This document shows positions 41,936 to 56,190 of a DNA stretch of 64,000 nt, piece by piece. A program made the translations under genes and the position numbers. Origin of the DNA: Octopus vulgaris (Eukaryota); the NCBI GenBank assembly GCA_951406725.2, contig OX597817.1, forward strand, positions 71,300,001-71,364,000, in the 5' to 3' direction. The notes beneath the pieces are model-generated. The model did not search any database. It was not told where the DNA came from and saw nothing but the letters and a program-made list of their open reading frames with translations. Each line of letters starts with the position of its first letter. Position 1 is the first letter of the stretch.

Positions 41936-42721
41936 TTGTCACCGTATCTACCAAAGATCAGATAATATTTCCCTTGCGGCATTGCCTATTTAACTGAGAT
42001 TTCAGAGCGTGAGACTGTTACAAAAACAAGTATTATGAGTTGTCCCACATAGTTCTAGTGAATTGAAATATTGTTCAATGTTGACCTCCTCTCAATAAAA
42101 TTTTAACTAACAGAAGCTACCACCGCGCTCACAAGATGAAGCTTACTTCGCTATATATTCGCTGTATATCAATATGCTGTTTCATTTAGAAAATGTCGCG
42201 AGCAAGGAAAGAAATTATTCACAGACCAAAGACCTGGCCCGAACGTTTACAAAAGAACGGATTCAACTATAGGTACTTATGATCCAACTGGTAGCACTAA
42301 TTTGAGAGACGGATGAAATCTATCTCCCTAAATCAGAAACGGTTGACTTTGATAGGCCTTTTCACATCTTCTGTCGATCAAACTGCACTCACAATGTTTT
42401 GATCGTGTCGAGGCTGTTATAGAAGAGATTTACCTAAGAAGGTTGGATCGAATCCGAAATCATGCTGCAAAGCAAACTTCTTAACCACACTGCAATGGTT
42501 GCACCCACGGCAACTGATGAGACTTTTAAAAAGGCTGAAACTGCAGAAAATTCGTCATTCGCGCCTTACTGTTCAGAGCTTGACAGATATATTCGAAGTT
42601 TGATTTCACAGCAACACTAAAAATTCTGTTCTTCCTCGTTTTCTCCTATTATTCTCTTCTCCTGTACTTTAATCTTCTTTCTTGTCTTCCCTGTCCAGCA
42701 TATTTTCTTTTTATTTACTGA

Positions 42722-43096
42722 CTAGCAGTATCGCCCGGCGTTGCTCAGGTTTGTAAGGGAAATAACTATAAAGCATTTTTAGAGAGTTATAGCCAAAAAA
42801 TAACAAAAAAATGGAAAAAAATGATTTTTTTTTTAGTTAAAAAAGGTGGAGTTGCGTCCCCTAGACAGTTTGCGGTTTGTGTTTCTGATTCTCGACCCCA
42901 TGTCGAATTTATCGATTTTTTTCAGAACTGGGGGAACTTTTCAAAATTTTAGCTGCGTTAGTTTTGAATTATGACATTGGGCTATGTGTGTGTCAAGTTT
43001 CATCAGAATCGGTTGAAAGCCGTGGTCAGGGTGAGGGTACAAGCAAACAGACACACAGAAAACGCACAGACAAACTGCCGTTTATATAGAGAGAGA
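42722..43096 (-). mobile_element. Non-autonomous Helitron related to 14654-15058
   Basis: Reverse complement starts TCTCTCTCTATATAAACGGCAGTTTGTCTG and ends cctgagcaacgccgggcgatactgCTAG|T, sharing its 3' end with the 15030-15058 copy. Confidence 0.8.
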
Positions 43097-44380
43097 TTCA
43101 AAACTGAGAAAAGAATAGTTTTCTAAAATTTTCTTCATTTCACCACTTCTGTTTGTTTCTCTTTAACTTATAATATCTCATTCTTTATACTTACTCAGAT
43201 TTCGATTAAGATATTTTGAAATTTTTGCATTCTATTTTGTTTGCGATAGTCATTCTAAATCTGTGCTTTCAGTTCAAATCTTGCCGGCGTCAACTTTGCC
43301 TTCCATCCTTTTGGAAGTCGATAAAATACTATTCTTCTTCTTCTTCTTCTTCTTCTTCTTCTTCTTCTTCTTCTTCTTCTTCTTCTTCTTCTTCTTCTTC
43401 TTTTTCTTTTTCTTCTTCTTCCTCTTCTTTCAAGAACAAATGTGTCTATGGTAAAATCAGGAGATAGATGTGTTCTGCTAAGTTTAAAATGCCCAAGACA
43501 CGGTGTATGTCATAGCGGTGCCCCCTAACAGCATTGAAAAATAAAACTTTTCAATTTTATTCTCTTAGAAAGAGAACTGTTCTCTTCACTTCCGCTCGTT
43601 TTTATTTCAAGAATTCCTTGAAAGCAAAACACAGTTTTCAACAACTCTCAACGTTGTGCTGATATAAATAAAACACAAGGAAAAGAAAAAGAATGCAAAT
43701 ATGAGCACCCAGAGGAACACAACTCTATCGGTGAAATTATTATTATTATTATTATTATTATTATACTACATGACCTCAGCGGACTCCATCTCCGCGTCAG
43801 CATCTTTATACCAACACGCATCATATTTCGAAACTGTTCCAGAATAACAGCATGTGCAGTTCGTATGCAGCTCGTACGTTTCGATTCGACATTCGATTCG
43901 AGTAAATAGCAAAATTCTCCTCCTTGTTATTTAAAGATTATAATGGTGACATTTCATCCACTCCACTCGGATCATTTGTTTACTTTGTAGCTTAATTTCC
44001 AATCGTTAAAATCCATAATTTAATTAAATTTATTGTTATCTGTCAACATATATCACACTACACTTTTAGTTGTTATTTTTTTTTTTTCCAATTATGCACG
44101 TTTCTCTTTGTTTAATATGTAAAAAAGTTATTTGCAGTTCAAACCTAGGTTAAACTATATAATATTTCATTTAATTGTACAGCTCAAGTTTCTCTGTCTT
44201 TTTCGGCCATCTTGTTTTACAAAGCTTTTTAATTCTGTGGTTTTAATGTATTTATTCTTGGTGATGTTCTTGTTCGTCTTGACGTCATTAAAGTTGTTGT
44301 TCGATTCAATCATGACATACATCACCGACACTGCGCAGCCTCATCAAAATCCTTATCACCACCAGCACCACCAGCACCAC

Positions 44381-44426
<46 letters not shown>

Positions 44427-45009
44427 GCTCTCGTTGTCGTCATCATCATCGTCATTGCCAACATTTTTTTTTTCACTAACATTGTTACTACAACAACAAC
44501 TATTCCAATTCTCAGATATATTTCCTCACCGCTACCGCCGCTACAGCAACGAATACTACTACCATCATCAACTCCATTGCTGCTACCACCACAACCACCA
44601 TTCTCCTTCTTAACCACCACCACTACAACAACCGCTACTATTACTACTCCCACCTCTGCCACAACTACAGCTACCACCGCTACAGCCACCACCACCACTA
44701 TTCTCCTCCTCTTCTTTCTCAACATTGTTATCAAATTTATTATTGTCTATAGACAACATGGGTGCTAGTATGGCTAAATGTGACAAGTAGCCTTATGGCA
44801 GTTCATAGATCTGAGTTCCACTCTACAGTGCAGCCCGAATAAGCTTGAATAAGGATTCAAGTGTCTTCAGCCACAACCGTATTCTGTCCAAGCTATGGAA
44901 GTGAATTGAGATAAACGGAAAATGTTTTGAAGACTGTGTCGCTAATTTACGGTGTCAGTCTTGTTACAGGTCGTGTTAGAAAGATGCCAAAGTATATGGA
45001 ATACCCAAC

Positions 45010-45569
45010 TATTTATCCGGCATGCTAACGATTCTGCAGCTCATTGCTTTCGTTGACATTGTAATAACTATTTCAAATTTTGACGAGAGGCCATAAATTC
45101 GGAAGGGAGATAAGTCCATTACATCGACCCCAATACTAAACTGGTACTTATTTTATCGGCCTCGAAAGAATGAAAGGCAATGTCTACCTTGGCAGAATTG
45201 GAACTCAGAATGCAACGATGAACATAATATTGCTAAGCATTTTGCCCAACGTGCTAACGATTCTGCCAGCCCATCGCCTTCGTCGACGTTATAATAATAC
45301 TAATAATAATAATGAGGAAGAGGATCCTTAGTCATTATCATCATCAGTAGCAGCAGTAACAACCAGCAGTCGCATCAGTAGCAGCAGCAGTTGCAGGATG
45401 AGTATTTACTGCCTTTTTCTGTATTTTGAAATCAGTTAAGTTTCGTGTTTCCAAATTCAGTGTCAAATAACAAATCTTCATGTGACACTGAAGACATTGA
45501 AAATAAATGAATAGCAGTAATGCTTAGTAGCTGGTGATGGCAGCATCATTCGAAATATTGACCCTGGTA

Positions 45570-45619
<50 letters not shown>

Positions 45620-45620
45620 T

Positions 45621-45660
<40 letters not shown>

Positions 45661-45668
45661 TAATAATT

Positions 45669-45708
<40 letters not shown>

Positions 45709-45733
45709 TAATAATAATAATAAAAAAAATAAT

Positions 45734-45794
<61 letters not shown>

Positions 45795-46525
45795 CATAAT
45801 CATAATAATAATAATAATAATCCTTTCTACTATAGGTACAAGGCCTGAAATTTGGTGGGGAAGGTACTTGTCGATTACATCGACCTCAATGTTTCACTGG
45901 TACTTAATTTATCGGCTCCGAAAGGATGAAAGGCAAAGTCGATCTCGGAGGAATTTGAACTCGGAATGTAGAGACGGACGAAATGCCGCTAAGCATTATG
46001 CTCGGCGTGCTAACGATTTAGCCAGCTCGCCGCCTTAATAATAATGATAATAATAATAACAACAATCCTTTCTACTGAAGGCACAATGCCCGAAATTTTG
46101 TGAGATCACTACCACCGCCGCTGTAATGATTATCCCACCTCGCTGCCTTGCACTTTTTAAATATGGAAGAGAGAACCAGTGGTCAAAATAAATAAATAAA
46201 TAAATAAATAAATAGATAAGCAAATAAGTAAATAAACATTCAATGCAAATTTGATAGAAGGTAATCACAGTCGCAAAAACGAAGGCATTTAGTTCATTAG
46301 CCAATTCCCCTTGACGGAAATAATCCTTTTCTATCATAGGCATAACGTCTGGAACTTTGAGAGAATGGTAAGTCGTCATCATTACCATCATCATCATCGT
46401 CCTTGATTGGTACTTTATTTATCGATCCCGAAACGACTTCAGCGGAATTTGAACTCAGAATGAAAAGACGGACGAAATACGGTTAAGCATTTTGCCCGGC
46501 GTGCTAACGATTCCGCCAGCTCGCT
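45010..46525 (-). mobile_element. Cluster of Meta-like SINEs (about 45070-45280, 45820-46034, 46322-46525) around a long (TAA)n tract (45572-45820)
   Basis: Repeated gaaaggcaaagtcga..gaatttgaactc..ctaagcatt..gtgctaacgatt..gccagc. Confidence 0.85.
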
Positions 46526-47102
46526 ATCTTACCTTGGAGAAAATAATAAGACCATGATTATCAAGTTAAATTTTTTTACTGCTCTTAACATTCTGGGTTC
46601 AGGTTCCACCGTGGCCAACCTTACCTTTCATGAAAAATACTAGCCAAGAACTCTGCCTCATGGTTTGGACTAATTATCTCCCATCAACACTGATAAAAAT
46701 GAAATGCTTTACAAAGTGAGATTTTCCCTCATCTGTGTTTCCTGAACTGTAAAATGTTGTTTGCTTGGTATTTTTGTCTTGGTTTGTGTTATATTGTCTA
46801 TTAATCTTTCTCTATTATGATACATTGCTTTGTTTTAATCAATTTTAATTAACTTAATTGTATTATTTTCGCCAACGATCCATCGTCTTATCAAACAGAT
46901 TCTATTGTTCTTGAAACTGTGATCACGTTCTGTCTGATTAGACTTCCGTCCGAAACTCAGAGTAATGAATTGTGAAAATTTTTTTCATCTTCAGCAAAGC
47001 TTTCTGTTCTTTCTGTCTTTTTTTCTTTCCTTCCTTTTCCTCTGACTTACGTACGTTTGTGTGTGTGTGTATGTACATATACATACATACATGCATACTT
47101 AC

Positions 47103-47161
<59 letters not shown>

Positions 47162-47437
47162 CACACACATATTTACGTATAAGTACATCTATAAAAACAT
47201 GTATACATACTTATATACACACGCATATACATATACACTCACGCACGCACACACATCCCAAAGAAAGGCTAGTTGCCTATCCCACTTTTAACGACATCGA
47301 CAATACTAGCTAACGAGGGAATATACATATCGTTAATCAACCTTCGAGATATAGAAACCAAATCTTCCTCAGTTCACACCATACTCTCTTACGAAAAAGG
47401 CACATTGAATTATTTCGTCCAATACGTGGCTTTGCTA

Positions 47438-48022
47438 GGCGGCGAGCTGGCAGAAACGTTAGCACGCCAGGCGAAATGCTTAGCGGTATTTCATCTGCCG
47501 CTACGTTCTGAGTTCAAATTCCGCCGAGGTCGACTTTGCCTTTCATCCTTTCGAGGTCGATAAATTAAGTACCAGTTACGCACTGGGGTCGATGTAATCG
47601 ACTTAATACCTATGTCTGTCCTTGTTTGTTCCCTCTGTGTTTAGCCCCCTGTGGGTAATAAAGAAATAGGTATTTCATCTGCCGCTACGTTCTGAGTTCA
47701 AATTCCGCCGAGGTTGACTTTGCCTTTCATCCTTTCGGGGTCGATTAAATAAGTACCAGTTACGCACTGGGCTCGATATAATCGACTTAATCCGTTTATC
47801 TGTCCTTGTTTGTCCTCTCTGTGTTTAGCCTCTTGTGGGTAGTAAAGAAATAGGTATTTCGTCTGCCGCTACGTTCTGAGTTCAAATTCCGCCGAGGTTG
47901 ACTTTGCATTTATCCTTTTGGGGTCAATAAATTAAGTACCAGTTGCGTACTGTGGTCGATCAAATCGACTGGCCTTCTCCCCCAAAATTTCGGCCCTTGT
48001 TCCTAGAGTAGTATAGGAATAT
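47438..48022 (+). mobile_element. Trimeric Meta-like SINE with 184-nt period (units restart at 47485, 47669, 47853)
   Basis: Full head ggcggcgagctggcagaaacgttagc, B box gagttcaaattcc, core gtcgactttgcctttcatcctttcg(a/g)ggtcgat. Tail A occurs twice and tail B last. Confidence 0.92.
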
Positions 48023-48119
48023 ATTGCTTTGTTAAAATACCGGAATGATCATTTTTGGACTTTTCTTGGTCAAAGGTCTACTCTGTCGGATCTGAGTTGG
48101 GGGTTAAACAGCAATGATA

Positions 48120-48321
48120 TTCTCCTCCTGATCACCATTATCAGCATTATCATCATCTCCACTTTCACCATCGTCGTCGTTGTTGCTACTGCCCTCATTA
48201 TCATCATCATCATCATCATCATCAACACCGTCATCGTCATCATCATCATCATCGTCATCCTTACCACCACCACCACCATCACTGTTGCTATTCATCATCA
48301 ACATTATCATCATTTTCATCG

Positions 48322-48360
<39 letters not shown>

Positions 48361-48490
48361 CCGTTATTACCATTATTGCCACCGCATGACTCATCTACTT
48401 ACGCATCCGCCACTACCACCACCAATACCACTACCACCACCACTATCACCATCACCACCACCACCGCCACCAACACCACCTTCCGTCATT
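48120..48490. repeat. Degenerate (CAT)n/(CCA)n low-complexity tract; similar at 35040-35365, 44355-44715, 48570-49080
   Basis: Direct reading; source of the poly-His, -Pro and -Ile pseudo-ORFs. Confidence 0.9.
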
Positions 48491-48743
48491 GCATTATTAT
48501 CGTTCCGTTTTTTCTCAATAACATGAAACCTGAATAGCTTAGACATGATGAGAGTTACTGTGGTATACAGAGGTTGTGGTTGCGATGGTAGCGGTGGTGA
48601 TGTTCAGTTGTTGTTCATACCGGTAATGGTGGTGGCGGTGGTGGTTTCTGTAATAGTAGTAGTGTAGGCTGTAGTAATATTCAGCTACTTCGTCATGGTG
48701 GCGGTGAAGGGAGTAGTAGTAGTAGTAATAGTAGCAGCAACAG

Positions 48744-48848
<105 letters not shown>

Positions 48849-50062
48849 AAAAGATGGCGGTGATAGTGCATGGTAGCTGGAGAAATTTGTTAAGGAGATG
48901 ATAAGGTAGTGCTGGTTGTAGTTGTGGTTTTACAGCTGGTAACAGTGATAATTGTAGTATTGGCAGTAGTGTTAGTTGTACTGTTGACACTTGTAGTGAC
49001 CGTAGTAGTTCTGTGACGGCATGAGTAGCACTAATTATGGTGGCGGCGGCGGCGGTGGTGGTGGTGGTGGCGGCGGCGGAGATACAAGAGTCGGATATTT
49101 TTTTTTTCTTTTTTCCTCAGTAGTTGTTTACAAATATAGAATACTCACTGAAAAGTGCGCATGCGCCTTCATTCATTCATCACTGTTTTCATTCAGCCGT
49201 ACGTACGTATATACACAAATACAAACATGCATATACCTATCTGTATGAGCGTATGTATGCATACACGTTTATATTTATGCGTGCATGTATGTATATGATA
49301 TACACGAACTAGAATGCACACGCAGATGTATATGATATACACGAACTAGAATGCACTCACGCAGATGCACAACAATGCATACAGGTATGCATACAACAAT
49401 GCATAGAACAATGCATAAATGCATGCAGAATCATGGGTGCACAAATGCATAACATACACATATATACTCATATACACAATAATCTTTCTCTTTCTTTTTC
49501 TGTCTGTCTGTCTCTCCCTTTAAGAAAGAGGATAACTGGATAATGTAGTCCTATCTCATACATATAGAGTAACACAGCGTGCTTACACTCACATGAACAT
49601 AAGCACATGCGCGATTTGATAATATTACACCTTAACATACGCTCAATGTCATGTACTTGTTTGTGCTTGTGTACATTAGAATACTCTGGCATCAACGTGC
49701 AAGCATGCACACCTAGACCGAACACGGTTGTATTAAATTTCACGCACCTCTTCCCAACCAGACACGCCCAAACCACCTCCACGTACATACACAGACTTCC
49801 ACACTTCCATGCACGCCCCCCGCACGCACATACGCATACACATATACATACATACATGCATGCATACACTTATGTACACGGATACGCATGAACATGCACA
49901 TGCTCTCTATCAGACACACTCTGACCGAACATTATTATAAAAAACCTCTCCTACATCCACACGATCTACACACACACACACACATACACACACACACACA
50001 TACACACACACACACACATACACACACACACATGTAAACACATAAACATACATCCATAAATG

Positions 50063-50269
<207 letters not shown>

Positions 50270-50270
50270 G

Positions 50271-50333
<63 letters not shown>

Positions 50334-52355
50334 GTAGGTAGGTAGGTAGATAGATAGATAGATAGATGATTCACACAAGCATACATGTTCATACAGGTAA
50401 CACACCTTACGCATCCAGATTTTACACTAACACTTGCCCCTTCCCCCATATTTCCTCACCTTAACTACTGCATCACCACCTACACACACACACACACACA
50501 CACACAATCACACACAGAGTGTCATATTCAAACACATATACAGGCGTATGCAAGTGAGGCATCTTTGCTTTCTGTTACTTTCGTTGGTGCACGAATGCAC
50601 GTAGTACAATATCGTAGTAGCAAATGGAGGATTTTACGGAATGCAGTATTGTACTATAATGGATTTAAGGCAGTGATGTGCATACATGCATACACGCATA
50701 CACAAAATTATACACAAAAATGAAAATATATTTATAAATGCATATATATATATATACATATATATATATCACTAGAACGATAAAACTTAAACGTTGCTTG
50801 TTTGGGTTTTTTTCCTCTACTCTGTGATTATCACTTTATTTAATTAATTGCTGATATTTATATTAATTAATTAATTAATTAATTAATTAATTAATTAAAT
50901 CTATTTGTTTAATTTCTGAAGATTACTGACACCGTGATTAATTATTGTCATTATCAATATTATTATTGTTGTTATTATTCATTTCATAAACACTCTCAGA
51001 AGCAACACGTCTAGCACACACGTGCCCACATACTCGCGCGCGCACACAAACACGCACACAACACACAAATATACGCACACATGCAAACAAGCACCTGTAC
51101 ATACGCTCACACACATGGTTGTGGATCCACCATACCAATATCTGTCCGTGTCCCTCAGTGCTAATACTACCCTATTCTCATCATCATCATCATCATCATC
51201 ATCACCAGCAGCACAAACAACATTAACAACAATCCAAATTTTCTTAAAATCGAAACCTACCAATTTTAAGTAAGAAATGGAATAATGTAGTTATAGGAAA
51301 ATTGGATAATGTAGTCCTAGATATATTTCTAAAGAAGGTGAAGGTGGTCATTTTTGGAATGTTTTGATCATAGATCTTTTTGAACAAGAGTAATCTAGGA
51401 CTAAAACAGTAACAACAAAATAACTATATCCCACAATAGCTTATTATCACCATCATCATTAATATCATCATTTCCATCGATCACAGCTGCCTTCATTTTT
51501 TTAAATTTTTGTCATTTAAAAAAACAAAAAAACAAAAGAGAAATATAAGGAAACAGCTTTATAAGTTCTTATTATACGGGACAAAAAATGCTAAATAATT
51601 TTAACATTGTGCCCCGTGTCAGATATCACTGTACACAGCACACCTGGGTGTCCGTTTGGTTGGAACTGCTTTTATATTCAAATTTAATACTTGCTTGCCA
51701 TCCTCAACGACAGGTAAGTTTTCGTTTCGTTTACTGGCTTTTTGTTTAATTTATTGGGGTGGGTTGAATTGATGGGTTGGCTGAAACAGTGGCGTATCAG
51801 TCAAAATGCTTTGTATCATTTATTCTCGAGGTTTACAGTTTGAGTTCAAATTCTGCCCCGGAAGTTAACTTTGCCTTTCGTCTTTTCAGTGACGAAAAAA
51901 TAAAATACTAGCTGAACACTTAAAATTTGACTGTAATTAGTAGAAATACTATCTGTAGATTTGGTAAGAACAAGTCTCCTCAAATCGCAAGAATCTTTCT
52001 TGCAGAACATAGGATGGAATTTCCTGCAGGTCGATATCGTGAGTCTCAATTTCAATGTCCTTCATTCTCTTAGGTAGCAGTTTAGTTGTTATGCTTCGTG
52101 CAACAATACCACTGGAACAACTGTCACCTTCGTGTTCCACAAAGTCTTCCTCACTTAGGTCCCAATATTTCTCAATTCCACGATATTATCGTATGGTATT
52201 GCAATGTCTATAATCTTACACTGTTTTCTTCTCTTTTTTGTTCTCTACGATCATATATTATCTCCTTGCATCAACTATATGGTCAGTCTCCACAAAGAAA
52301 TCTCACAAAATCAAATCTTGCAATTATTATTAGTACTATCATTATTATTATTATT

Positions 52356-52800
52356 GGCGGCGTACTTGCAGAATCGTTTGCAGCCAGGCAAAATGCTTAG
52401 CGATATTTCGCCCGTCTTTTCGTTCTGAGTTCAAATTCCGCCGAGGTCGACATTGCCTTTCATCCTTTCGAGGTCGATAAAATAAGTACAAGTTGAGTAA
52501 TTGGGTCGATGTAATCGACAATTCCCGCTCCCCCAAAATTCCAGGCCTTGTGCCTATAGTAGTAAGGAATATTATTATTAATATTATTATTGGTGTCTAG
52601 CTGACAGAATATTTAGCACGCTGGACAAAATGTTTGGCGGAATTTCGTTCATCTTTATGCTCTGAGTTCAAATTCCACCGAGGTTGACTTTGCTTTTCAT
52701 CCTTTCAGAGTCGATTAAATTAGTACTAGTTAAGCGCTGGGGTCGACTAGACTGCTCCCCTCAAATTTCAGGCCTTGTATCTCTATTAGAAAGGATTATT
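52356..52800 (+). mobile_element. Two tandem tail-B Meta-like SINEs separated by (TTA)n
   Basis: Each has ctgagttcaaattcc.ccgaggt.gac...aaatt(c/t)caggccttgt..ctat..tag.aagga and ends in tattatt. Confidence 0.85.
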
Positions 52801-53711
52801 ATTATCATTATCATTATGACTGTCTAGTCTGAAAGGAGCGATAGATGTTGGGATACCACCAAAAACATCAAATAGATTTTAGTTAGACGTCCCTTTGTGA
52901 TCTGATATTTTGCACTCAACAAAATGACTTGGGACTTACGAAAGGAGAGCTTTATATTACTGAAAATATATGAAACAGGGGCTAACTGAAAGTTTAAAAA
53001 CAAACATAGACACTTAGGACAAAATTATGAAAATGTTTTGGAGAAGCAAAGGGTTAATGAATGTAGCGATGTCTCTTTACTTTCTGATCTCTTATTTCTT
53101 CGGGTGGTGTTTTGGGTCGACTTTATATATTTTTTCCACCTTTCCACAGTCGATAAAATAAACAACAGTTTATTGGTCACAAAACGATTCTAGCCATCTC
53201 TCTCAAATATATATCGCTGTGTACCTATATAAGTAATCATTTCAGTAAGCAAAAATTAAAATATTTGCATTGGCTGTGATGCCCAACAGCCTCGACTAAA
53301 TTATCATATTGGAGTTATTTCCCTTGTTTCTTGTTTCTAAATTTAAAAAAACAAAACAAACAAATAAAAACACCCGAGCAGCAGTTTCTTGACTACTAAT
53401 TGCTAGAAACATCACAGGTGAACATTTTCCAACAAGTTTCTTTATTACATATATAAACATATTTTAAATCCTATCATATAGTTTGGATTTTATAAATTTG
53501 CCTTTGGGAAACATGTGAATCAAGTTTTTACTTGTAGCTGGAATCCGGAAACCGGGAAAGCTGGTAATACCTTACTTTAGTGACAATGAATTTATAACGC
53601 AAGGATCAATACTAAAGTTTAATAAGTTCATTTGCTCTGAAAGGTAAAGACTAACGTTTCGGGGTTAGGGAAAGTGGTGCGTATCTCTTCCCCTTTCATC
53701 TCTGTATATAC

Positions 53712-53764
<53 letters not shown>

Positions 53765-53787
53765 ACATACATACACACACACACATA

Positions 53788-53845
<58 letters not shown>

Positions 53846-54213
53846 CTCTCTCTCTCACACACAGAGAACGAAATTAGTATTTTTAAGCTTTATACAGCAT
53901 ACACATGTTTCTATAAATTGATTGTTAATATTGCGCAACTTAAGTGCCCCTATCGTACTGTACAATCGATTTACTTCCTCTGCATTATCAGCACTTCATG
54001 TAGCGGAAGACCCAGAATGTCCCATCTGCAAAGTTAGCGACACGTTCCGTCACTGGGATGGTACTCTAATTATCAATCCCGAAAGAATTAGATGCTAATT
54101 TAACCTAAGCGGGATTGAACTCCAAATGCAGCAACCTGGAATAAATATTGCAATAATATACTGCCAACACGTTAACGACTCAGCATATATATCTAGGCAA
54201 AAGTGTACACAGA

Positions 54214-54432
54214 TACGAAGGGTGCTGAAAAGTTTTAGGCTTTAAGGGAATCGCGAAAGGTCAGGTTAGAGGCCCAAACATCCGAGTTCATTTACAGGGC
54301 TTACAAAAACTGAAGGGCCGCTGCACTAAGTGTGTGAATCTGACAGAAGAATATGTTGAATAAAATCAGAATTAACTGATCCTTCTGGATTTTCTTTTAC
54401 GCAGAGTAGGACCTTTTCAGCACCCCTTCATA
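54214..54432 (+). mobile_element. Mariner-derived MITE (internal deletion derivative)
   Basis: TA-flanked TIRs tacgaagggtgctgaaaag / cttttcagcaccccttcata. Internal codons QGLQKLKGRCTKCVNLTEEYVE* match the mariner transposase C-terminus (GIxxLxxRWxKCVxxxGxYVE). Confidence 0.8.
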
Positions 54433-54470
54433 TGTCCATACATACATACATACATACATACATACATACA

Positions 54471-54501
<31 letters not shown>

Positions 54502-54752
54502 GTATGCATATGTGATATGTGCACGTGTGCATGTCCCTGTCTCCACTGCTTTAATATCGGTGTTAATTTGTTTATGTACTGGTAACACAGGCACACACTG
54601 ACAAACACAGACACACACAGGCACATACACACACAAAATAAAAAGAAAGAGGCCGAGAATATACAATAAGTATTGGGGTCGATTTGTTTGAGAAAACCAT
54701 TGAAGGGAACGCTCCAGCATACTCGCAGTGCAATGTTTGGAGCCATAAAAGA

Positions 54753-54822
<70 letters not shown>

Positions 54823-54846
54823 AATACATACATGTATATGTATAAA

Positions 54847-55179
54847 TGCATATATGGGCATAGGACGTCAGAAAACGTAAACAACATGAAATACGAAGAC
54901 AAACTTGAGTATGTGAACAACAAGTGAAACAAATGGACAACAAGACAAGTAACATGAGTAACAACCCTTCATCATTTATCCGTTGTCCATCAACTCCTCA
55001 TTTCGAGCATTTAACGACATTGCTCGAAATGAGAAGTAGATGGACAGACGACAAATGATGAATGGTCGTTCTTTATCTTACTTGTCTTGTTTTCCATTTG
55101 TTTCTTTCGTTCTTCGCATATCTAAGTTTGTTTTCGTATCTCATGTTGTTTTCGTTTTATGATGTCCTGTACCCACATA

Positions 55180-55184
<5 letters not shown>
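54847..55184. repeat. Long diverged inverted repeat (arms about 160 bp, 11-nt spacer) between (TA)n tracts
   Basis: Centre catttcgagca-tttaacgacat-tgctcgaaatg; the arms pair out to atgcatatatggg / cccacatatgcat. Confidence 0.88.
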
Positions 55185-55232
<48 letters not shown>

Positions 55233-55258
55233 ATGTATGTATATATGCATATATATAT

Positions 55259-55306
<48 letters not shown>

Positions 55307-55309
55307 TAG

Positions 55310-55363
<54 letters not shown>

Positions 55364-55841
55364 AATTACAATGAAATTGCAATAAACTGACCGGTTCCTT
55401 TGAAAGGTAAACGGATCAACTTATTACATCATTTAGGCGATTCGTTATGAGATTTTTACCCATACTCCGACGAAACTTCATTATTTTTTTTTCTTTCACT
55501 GAAGCTGCTTTCCAATTAACTGCGTGATTGATCCATTGATCAGTGCTTAATTGACAATGTTTGCTATATTGATTACGATGTTACATTCATCGATAAGATT
55601 ATTTCTATTTCATGTTTATTTTTGTATCTGTTGCTTTAATTATTTGAGGGACTAAGTGATTGTTTATTACAGTTATAGAGTTGGAATATTGATTTTATCA
55701 TCGTAATAACTGAATAATTTGACCTCATATTCCGACTGCCTCATTACGTAATTTAGCATATATATATATATATACACGACTCTGTGTATGTATTTATGTA
55801 TGCATTATATATGCACATATATCTATAAGCATATATCCATT

Positions 55842-55899
<58 letters not shown>

Positions 55900-56135
55900 C
55901 AAACACGCTCACACAGGCCATATGTCTGCGTCTACGTCTACTCGTAAATACAGTGATATCTAAAACAAAAGTGGTACAAGCTATTTGGTCATACTGGCAT
56001 GCAAGGGACGCCTAAGCTTATGTTTCTGTATCTATCTATCTATGTATGTATCTATCTATCTATCTATCTATATGTCTGTCTGTCGCTCACTCTGTCTCTG
56101 TCTCCTCTCTCTTACTCTTTCACTCTCCCTCCCTG

Positions 56136-56189
<54 letters not shown>

Positions 56190-56190
<1 letters not shown>

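Noticed and set aside
47438-47525. tRNA gene (A and B boxes)
   Set aside because: It is a SINE head: no complete cloverleaf, and it is always followed by the SINE core.
47485-48022. CRISPR-like or retrozyme-type array
   Set aside because: There are no unique spacers or cas genes, and no hammerhead core was found on either strand of the 184-nt unit.
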